From the NCBI RefSeq assembly GCF_037042905.1, contig NC_087251.1, positions 10,108,001-10,168,000 of the forward strand: a DNA stretch of 60,000 bases, given 5' to 3'. A program made the translations under genes and the position numbers. This DNA is from Lytechinus pictus. Taxonomy: Eukaryota. This document shows, in pieces, positions 51,273 to 60,000 of this stretch. Numbering within the stretch: position 1 is the stretch's first letter; each line of letters opens with the position of its first letter. The notes under the pieces are model-generated. The model ran no database searches, was not told the DNA's origin, and saw only the letters and a list, made by a program, of their open reading frames with translations.

Positions 51273-53044
51273 TTTGATGATCCAACTATTTCCTTGCTAA
51301 TCTATCACCCCTCTTTTTTTTTGGGGGGGGGGGGTGTTGAACTTGATGAAATAAGTAATATTTTAGATTTCTTTTATAATACTGTATATGAACAACATCT
51401 GCTTTTACGCTTTTCTAGAGGAGGATAAAAGAAGTGGTAATGAGATTAGGAGAGATGGGTATTTTGGTAAGAATTGTCAAGAAATCGATTTCTGGAAGAG
51501 GGTTTGATCTGAAGAAAATGCCGCCTACAATGTCCCCAGAGCCTTGATTCAGTTTGATTTTCAGAGGCTTGGATGTCTTGAGAGAAACCTCTCTTAATTA
51601 TTTGGGTGGTTTCTTGAAGGTGATGATGATGATCAGTATAATGTTGATCTAAGGTAGATGGAATTATGATAATGGGATATTGACTGGTAACTAGAGGTCT
51701 CTTCTGATATCAAAAATATTTGAACGTTTTTTACTTTTTAGCATGAAGCTACACTTGGCTTTTAACCATTTTTATTATTTCTACATAGAATATGTTAGAA
51801 GAGATATGGACTTTAGATATTTATTCTATTTCATACAAGAAAAAAAATTCCCCAGTGAATTCCTGTTGTGATTACTAGAAGTAAATGTACAGTTTGTGTT
51901 TACTATTTGATATGAGCTTGTAGTATGAATCTAAATTTTATCTTTCAGATCTTAAAATGTAAAAAAAGAAAAGTAAAAGATGAGTTTGGTTATTCCATTT
52001 TATTTATTTCTGAGAACATGCCTTCTAAGATGTATAAAAAAAAACTGGATATTTTCAGCAGTATCATCTCAGTGTTATTTTGGTTGTTTCTTTAATTATA
52101 TTGTTTGTCTTGCTTCCTCTCCATCATTTTTCATTGTTCCAATAATTTCTTTTCTTTCAAATTTTTCAAATTTTTACTGTTATTGCCTTTCTCCCCTTTC
52201 CCGCTCATTTTATATTGCTTTCATTTTTATTTGGAGGTCTAGGCCATGGGGATTGGTTATTTTATGGGCTTGGATCAGTCATTAGCTCTCTGACTATTGC
52301 CATTGAGGAAGTTTAGAACAGGTGCAACCATGGTCTAGGTCAGAGGTCATAGTTCATATCTCAGGGTTAGCTATTTAGCAAATTGAATTCCATTGAAATA
52401 AACACATGATATATAATTTATGTTTACTTTCCATATTAAAGACCTGAGGGGCTCCTTCAGCGAACCGAAACATGACTTCATGAATATGCTTTCCTCCTTT
52501 TTACAGAAATATATTTCTGGAACATTTTTTTTTTAATCGGTCATATTCTTCCATAATTTCTGTGTTTGTGTTAGAAAAAGAGTCCTTGATTTTTTTTTAC
52601 TGTAGATACTTCGGCCAATATGCATTTTTAAAAGCAAATAAATTTTGACATACACAAGTAATTAGAAATTTGTCATAGTTTTCTTTTACTAATGTTTTGA
52701 GTTTGTAACATTTAAAGGAAATGCCAATCTATTTTGTTTAAGTATACATTTTCCACATCTCTTGTTTATTCATTCCTCTCCCCAGAAACCAGGGTATAAT
52801 AAATGTATCATAGAGTATCAATTTGAATTTTGTGGGTTAAACTTTTTTGCAAAACTCTTTTTTTTTAATTAACCATGAGGTACATGTGTTCATCATTTTA
52901 TTCAAAAGATATTCTATCACTGCACATAACTGTAAATGTGTTGACCTGTCTTGTGTGTGTATCAAACATGAAGAATGACACTCATTACTGCGATACTTGA
53001 TTTGATTCTTTAATAATACTTCCATTTCCTCTTATTCTTCCTAG

Positions 53045-53129
53045 ATCTTTAAAGGTGACTGATGTTAACTCAGGGGAGTGTCTTCAGAACATGACTCATG
53101 AGAAACAGGACCGCATCACAACCATTCAG
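53045..53129 (+). CDS. WD40 gene, window exon 9 (RSLKVTDVNSGECLQNMTHEKQDRITTIQ)
   Basis: Pyrimidine tract plus cctag acceptor, cag/gtaggt donor; completes SGSFD-RSLKVTD. Confidence 0.92.
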
Positions 53130-53637
53130 GTAGGTCCAATATCTCCCATTCCAGAGATGAGAGTCAGTCTAGGCCCCTTTGCCATGTCTAGATGATTTTT
53201 TCTTGTCATCTTTTAGAGCTTTAAAAAAAAAAAAATAGGAAATTGATATCAAGTGATTTAATATGTCATAAAATCAAGTTTGATTTTCATTTGCTGCTTA
53301 AATGGAATGGGTCTCCTTTTTTCCTTAACAACATTACTTTATGAACTTTTGAAATCAAATGATAATGAATGCTTATGTTTGTGTTTTGTTCAGTTTGATT
53401 ATAGTTCATTTATTTTCATGTATAAAGATAATACATATATGAGTAATATTTGTTCTTAATTGAAATAAGTGGAAATAAAAAATAAGCATTTCTGATATTT
53501 AAATACAATGAAGCAAAGACTTGAATGATTTTTGAATGAAACTCAAAGAACTCAACGTATGCTAACTGGCTTAGTAATTGGCATCCCATTTTCTTTCTCT
53601 TTCTCTCTCTTTCTTTTTTTATCTATTACTTGACCAG

Positions 53638-53804
53638 TGTCTTGATGATGAGATACTAGTTGGAACCCTGTCTGGACGTTTCTTGATCTGGAATCGAACC
53701 CATAGCACCCTTGACAGAGCATACCAGGCCCTGGATTCACCAATCTATAAACTGGTTGTACTCTCAGTTGATGACAGGGAGACTAAAATTCTCATAGCAT
53801 CAGC
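53638..53804 (+). CDS. WD40 gene, window exon 10 (CLDDEILVGTLSGRFLIWNRTHSTLDRAYQALDSPIYKLVVLSVDDRETKILIAS)
   Basis: Very long CT tract plus accag acceptor, gtaagt donor at 53805; phase 0/2; degenerate WD repeats 5-6; the gene continues beyond the window. Confidence 0.9.
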
Positions 53805-53989
53805 GTAAGTTCAACCTTATATTCTATTTAATTTCATCAAAAATCATCTGACACAACCTTTCAAGATGAATCTGCCAGTCACTATCTGGAAAGTAGATTG
53901 CATCTGTAAATATTTATTTTCAGAAGAATTAAAAACAAAATATCAAAATTTCAATTATGAATTCAAATGCTAGAAGTCTGACATGTTTT

Positions 53990-54260
53990 GTGCAAAATTG
54001 GAAACCGCAGTGTAGACATTCTTCAGGTAGTGTGTGAAGTAGCGCACTCAAAATGTGCGAAGATCGCTTCTGAAGAACGGTTGTGCCCTCACTTACGCTA
54101 AAACCAGTTTAATGAAGTAAAGCAATCTTGAAAACTACCTCACGAGGTGTTTTTTCAAACCGGTTTGGAAGATCGCTTCCAAGGCTGCTTCGAGCGTTCT
54201 GATTACACGTTAAACTAGTTTCAAGCAAACTAGTTTTAGGACATTAATGAGAACAGGGTA
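53990..54260. mobile_element. MITE fragment (Harbinger-like)
   Basis: CpG-rich block with repeated gaagatcgcttc and aaactagttt palindromes; only one end apparent. Confidence 0.5.
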
Positions 54261-54509
54261 TTATGTCTTCTGAGTTCTTCCATCTTACATAGGAGAAAAC
54301 GGTCAAAAGAGAGAAGTTTCTTGATGACCTATACTAAAGTAACTTTGCTATATATGCAAGTTTAATTAATTTATTGTAATTATGAAATGGCTACTTAATT
54401 TCACTTAAAGTTTATTATAAATGTCTTGTTTTGCTTATTTTCTTGTATGGATTTTAAATCTAGATAAATGAATCTGAATGGAACGATACCTAAGCCAACC
54501 TTGTTTCAA

Positions 54510-54678
54510 GGGGAAGTTTCACAAATGATATTCAAATATGACTTGAAATCGCACTTTAACTCTGTGTTGCGTGTGGTTTATAATGCGTCACCACATCGAT
54601 CAGATCATACTCAGATGATGCGCACGTATTGATAAAATTATGCATTGAATACCACGTAGCTCTATGAGAAACACCCCC
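54510..54678. mobile_element. Small decayed MITE
   Basis: ggggaagtttcac ... gagaaacacccc termini. Confidence 0.5.
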
Positions 54679-56686
54679 TAGGTGTATATCTCATGTAGGT
54701 GTATCATAGATCACTCTTACTTTAATGATGCAAGTCTCACTAATATGAATATTGATCCTCCCTTTTATCACCTCTTCCTGTTAACCTTTCAGTGAATTAA
54801 GAGCACAGACTAATTGGATTAAATCAAAATTTTGATTAAATCTCGTTTGGGGAAATATCACACATCCTTTCCTTTGTTTACTATCCATCTCTACCTTTTA
54901 GGGTGTGACATTTTATAAATGGCAAATTTTCACCTTCAATTAATTTGCTTTGCAACATCAACTTTGTTTTGAGGCTAATCAAGAGTAAAATGTGTTGCTA
55001 TAAATTGCATATCAAAATCAATAGGTGATCATAAAAAAAAATCTACTTCAAAACATCCCAAAAATAAAAGTGGCCCAATATCTAACTAGCTTTTAAAGAT
55101 ACTGAACACCCGACTGAACATCTCATAAAGAAAAGAAATTAGGCCTTCGTGTTTAATGGTGATAGGAATTGAAACATTTGATCTTGGCTACCAAAACAAA
55201 TAATTAAACATTTTCTAAAAAAACAGTGAAAAACTGTACTTCCTTTTTTTTATGAACATGTACATGATATCATGTAAAGGGGTGTGTCTTCACCCCTGAT
55301 GTGAGTGTGTAAAGTCAATTACCTATTGTTATAGTATTGATACCAGTATGTGCATGATTGAATTGAGTAGGTGTGTTTGGTGAGTATTAGAAGGTCACAA
55401 GTGTTGTGGTTAGACATTGAAGGTTATAAAGGTTTACCACAGACCAGACCAATATTGTGCCAACAGAATAGTACATGTGGAGCAACATGTGTCTTTGACA
55501 ACATCCACACTTTCCACATTAATCATAATGTGATAATGTTACTGTGTGATATCAATTCCATGTTTTATTCATGCCCCATGCTTTGCCTTTAATACTGCAC
55601 ACCATCGATTAATATTCATTCTTGTCTGAGGACATTAAGCCAGGTATTTAAAAAAAAAATGAGAAGTGTGTTTGAATATACATGTATATTTCTACTGTCT
55701 AATCACTACAAATCAATTAAAAAAAAAAATTTTAAAACATTTTCCCCTTTATACACACCTTAGCTGCTAAAGTAAAATTGCATTTCTATCTTATGAGAAT
55801 AATAATCAGAATGATATATACTACAATACTTCTATTGCTTATCTAGTCATCTCATTCTTATATTACTCCCTTTTTTCAATTATGTTGAATGAAGATAGTA
55901 TTATGGTAGTTACAACTGCATAGTAGGCTCACCAGATTGCTGCCAGCTTGCCAGTCAGCCAGTCAGCCAGTCAGTCATATTGCTGAAAGCTTTGCCAGCC
56001 CAGCAAGCGGAAGCAATGCATCTCCCCTTGGCATGAGGTGGATAAGGACCGCCTTTATGGTGGCTACATTAAGCCATGAATATGCTGGAATGTTATGCAC
56101 TACGACAGATACACTGGCTTCTATAGATTCGACAGTCGGCCATCAGACCATCTGACGTTTGCCTCAATTGAAAGAGACATCTTAAGAGAGTTTTTTCTTC
56201 TTCTTCCTTACCTCTTGATATTTTGTTGAAAAGAGGAAGGTGTGTCAGTGACAGGGTAATACCTGGTCTGGCGTGTTCATGAAGGTGCGTTCAATGTAGT
56301 ACACCTGGAAATGTCATGCACAAGCCTTTCACTCATCCATTTAAGACTGACGTCTGGGTGAATTAAAAGTGATGTCTCAGACTATATCTTCCTTGTGATT
56401 GTTACATTGAGTGTAGAGAAGACCTATAATGGAAAGACATTGTACAGAATGTTCATGTCATTTCATTGTAGCTACAGTTGAACAATCATTGCAACTGTTA
56501 GCAGGAAATAAGCTATTCAGTTATAATATTACTTTATTAATTCTAAACATGATTGGTACAGTAAATACTTTTTTTATTTACTTTTCAAAGCATTAAGTTT
56601 TGTATGATTATCAGATCAAATGAAATAATTTGCATGTTGTGTAAAATATTTCATTCCAATATGCATATTTGTGAGTAATATTTACA

Positions 56687-57888
56687 ATAGCAAGGCAAAT
56701 GCCAAGCGTTGTCTCGCCTGCATATTGCAGTCATGAAGAGACTGCATGTCAAAACTACATGTATGCTATATGACTTAGATGGACCTCTGTTACGAGTTTG
56801 GCGATCCTACCTCGAAGATATAAAAAGTTATTATGTGTACAACACAGCACAGTGCCAGTCATGGAAAGTTCATTGACCTTTGACCTTAATCAAATTCAAC
56901 TCACATTTGAACTTGACCTGCACCTTCAAAAGATGGACCTTTTGTATGAATTTGGCAATCCTAACTCGAAGATATAGAAAGTTATTGTGTGTACAGCACA
57001 GCACAATGCCAGTCATGGAAAGTTCATTGACCTTTGATCTTTGACCTTATTCAAATTTGGCTCACATTTGAACTTGACCTGCACCTTCAAGAGATGGACC
57101 TCTGTTATGAATTTGGCGATCTCACCTTGAAGCTATAGAAAGTTATTGTGTGTACAACATAGCACAGTGCCAGTCATGGAAAGTTCATTGACCTTTGACC
57201 TTATTCAAATTCGACTTATATTCGAACTTGACCTGTACCTTCAAGAGATGGACGTCTGTTATGAATTTGGCGATCTCACCTCGAAGCTATAGAAAGTTAT
57301 TGTGTGTACAACACAGCACAGTGCCAGTCATGGAAAGTATTGTGTGTACAACACAGCACAGTGCCAGTCATGGAAAGTTCATTGACCTTTGACCTTATTC
57401 AAATCGACTCATATTCGAACTTGACCTGTACCTTCAAGAGATGGACGTCTGTTATGAATTTGGCGATCTCACCTCGAAGCTATAGAAAGTTATTGTGTGT
57501 ACAACACAGCACAGTGCCAGTCATGGAAAGTTCATTGAACTTTGACCTTATTCAAATTCGACTCATATTCGAACTTGACCTGTGCCTTTAGGAGATGGAC
57601 CTCTGGTATGACATAGGTGATCCCACCTCGAAGATATAGAAAGTTATTATGTGTACAACACAGCACAGTGCCAGTCATGGACAGTTCATTGACCTTTGAC
57701 CTTATTCAAATTCGACTCATATTCAAACTTGACCTGTGCCTTCAGTAGATGGACCTCTGGTATGAATTTGGTGATCCCACCTCGAAGCTATGGAAAGTTA
57801 TTGGGTGTACAACACAATTGTTGACGACGACGCCGACACCGGAAATAGTGATACCTATGTCTCGCTCCGCTACGCAGGCGAGACAAAA
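56687..57888 (-). mobile_element. Helentron-associated (HINE/pearl/Tsp-like) tandem-repeat element
   Basis: subTIR tgtctcgcctgc (56710) and gcaggcgagaca (~57874); adjacent hairpin gtctcgc-tccgctacgcag-gcgagac; (gac)n/gcc microsatellite; about 6.5 units with periods 154, 161, 154, 193, 154, 154; hairpin gcaaggcaaatgccaagc at the other end. Confidence 0.88.
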
Positions 57889-58255
57889 ATGTCAATATTT
57901 AATTTGTTAGATAACAATTTTTCAAGCCGGGAATGGGAAAATATTTTCAAAATACTATCTTCGCATAAAGCTTGTTTATATTCAATAACTAATTTGTAAG
58001 ATGAGTGTTCACAGATCCCTTATTTAGAAAGATTATAGCATTATAGAGAGGGGGAGGCTGAATCAAATAACATAATTATTCAAATTTCATTAAGTATCAG
58101 TTGAAGTTAAGATCTGTCATTATGTTTTGCATGAAAGTCCAATATAATCCATGCTATTAAATCTTTACCAAATTTTTTATTATCCATGATAAAGACATCA
58201 TGCTATTCAATTAGAGATACATAGGCCTACAACCTATTTTATCCTTGTGAAATAA

Positions 58256-58656
58256 GGGCCGTCTGCACCAGCCCGAGTTTTCAAATTAGCGCGCTATTTC
58301 TGATCCGGCAAATTATCCCGATCTAAACAATCTCGAGATTGTTTGTAATGGAGACGCAATTATCGCGCTAGTTCGCAGGATTAATCTCGAGATTGCAATC
58401 CCAAGTCAACTTGGGATTATTTGCAAAATAGCGTGCTAGTTTACAAAATATCCCGCTAATTCGCAGGTGCAGACACACTCGGTATTATTCATTTACAGCA
58501 TCACACCATAATGCATCGATGCCTCGCTTGAACACGAATTGCTCTTCTTGCGATGGTGGAGACGGGGTTGCTTGAATCTCGAGATTACTCGCGAAGAGGG
58601 CTGATCGGGCTAAAATCTCGAGATTGAGCAAACTCGGGCCGGTGCAGCACCGGCTA
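58256..58656. mobile_element. PIF/Harbinger-like MITE
   Basis: TIRs gccgtctgcaccagcccgagttt / aaactcgggccggtgcagcaccggc; four aatctcgagatt palindromes. Confidence 0.85.
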
Positions 58657-60000
58657 TAGTAACTCTCACATGGGAAAGTGAGAGAGTTTGATAATGCACT
58701 CAAATATCATTAGTTTGAACTCTTCTTGCTTTACTTTTGTAAATCGGGACAAGATCAAGACGTGAAAGTACAAAAGGAGTTTATTGTACATTAAATTAAA
58801 ATATTTGAATCCAGGTAGTATCAGTCGGTTTTAAAATATTCTACATAATATATTTGTAGGGGAAGTTGGTGATGAGGACCTATAAAAATCTGGTAGTTAC
58901 ATCTGGTAGTTAAGCAAATGAAATATGATTAAGAAAAAAAAATATTGTAAAGGTGAATAGGTAATGTTCTTTGTATATCATTTGTCAGCCCTTAACAGTT
59001 TTTGACATTTGCATCTGTCTTTCATATCATTTCCCTCCTATTTTTTGTGTACTCTTTTGGTTTTTCGCTTTGTCAGTTTTCCAGCCAGGCAATTACTCAT
59101 TCTTCTTTGATGTGAGAATTTTTAGACGCAAATGAAAGAGATTTCAACCGAATACTCCCTCTTTGGCTCTGATTCTTGAAAAGATCGTGCAAGATTTCAC
59201 ATCATGCAAATTTGTTGTTGTAATTGTAGCTTTTAGGGAAACGATGTGGTGTAATAAATCATCTGTATAACTGTTAAAATAATCAATTTTTTTAAATCTG
59301 TGGTATTATCTGTAGGAAGTTGAAGGACATTAGGGAGAGAGAGTGTAATGACATGAAGAAGGGTAGATTAGTGGAAGGAGAAGGGGAGTCAAATACCAAC
59401 TATCAAGGGCCAATATCTAGGACAAATGTCACTTTTAGGACAACCATCATCATCGGCAGGTGCTGGACATATTGTTGTTCCTTCCTCTTTCTTCCCCGAA
59501 CAAGGCGGCCATTCATTTTGCTAATTCGCCTCTAAGCCCCTCTGAAGTTTCAGGGGGGCCCCCTTTGTCAAGAAAAATCCCACATTTTCACTAGTGTTTC
59601 TTAATGATCTCCTGGGGAGGGAAGGCAAGCGCAACGCAAATTGATGTCAACGTCTTGATGGCAGAGACAAACGAGGGCCAAGTGGTGTTGGGTAAGCCTC
59701 AGGACGATGCCTCCTTCCTCTATGGCTATTGTTTCTTGAGCGCCGCGGTGGATCAAGAAACGGGGCTGTCGGATATGGATTGCGTGATCGTTTGTAATGT
59801 GCCATGTTTGTACACATCTGAATTGCTTTGATTCCATGTATGTACAAATGATTACCAATTGAATTTTTGGCTTCTTGTCAGCATGTATTGGCTAGGATGA
59901 GCTGCTTTGAGCTGAATTAGAGTTTGATGTGAGAAGTGACAGGGAACAACTGCCATGGATCATATTTTCTTTTCCTCTTACTCTTTACAATGAACTTGTA

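Larger units (their letters stand above)
10..53804 (+). other. Multi-exon WD40-repeat protein gene (F-box/WD, FBXW7/beta-TrCP-like repeats), partial at both ends
   Basis: Ten exons with AG/GT boundaries splice into one stop-free frame of 387 codons: ...HDTHDNDDYTPLYRSWQLRLADTHLHALKRMWRMV...KRVRRLQGHVDTICCVKFDIRRLITGSMDRTIRVWDIRSGKSIRRLTGHKGGIRCLQFDETRIVSGSWDMSVMVWD...KILIASA. No F-box is visible in the window, so the F-box call rests only on the WD40 repeat style. Confidence 0.88.

Noticed and set aside
53578..53637. N-terminal part of ORF 53578-53808
   Set aside because: This is the polypyrimidine tract and acceptor; the exon starts at 53638 and the ORF's stop lies in the gtaagt donor.
57195..57591. 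Repeated-peptide ORFs
   Set aside because: Translations of 154-bp tandem units; the period is not a multiple of three, so frames shift between units.
59595..59691. Plus-strand AG...GTAAG segment as the next WD40 exon
   Set aside because: Joined in the required phase 2 it stops after three codons in the middle of a WD repeat, and its open frame has the wrong phase and no WD40 pattern.

Overview
AT-rich eukaryotic (metazoan) genomic DNA. The repeat families and intron sizes suggest an echinoderm such as a sea urchin, which is inference. The window lies inside one large + strand spliced gene that the ORF track almost entirely misses. Ten GT-AG exons (10-89, 1482-1571, 7833-7923, 8361-8499, 9548-9628, 20939-21067, 34476-34633, 40095-40235, 53045-53129, 53638-53804; 1161 nt) join in consistent phase. 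They encode a charged linker followed by five and a half WD40 repeats of the FBXW7/beta-TrCP type; both ends of the gene are outside the window. The introns are filled with mobile DNA. The most unusual element is a 4.07-kb non-autonomous DIRS1-type tyrosine-recombinase retroelement with inverted termini and an internal complementary region, decayed YR sequence and tandem repeats in place of gag/RT. There are also hAT-, Kolobok/T2-, Harbinger- and CACT-type MITEs, two tRNA-derived SINEs, a decayed RTE LINE and two Helentron-associated tandem-repeat elements carrying DR1 nuclear-receptor motifs. Several unique motif-dense islands may be enhancers, and there is a weak candidate for an antisense nested transcript end near 58.8-59.9 kb. 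No prokaryotic features, CRISPR arrays, rRNA or genuine tRNA genes were found.
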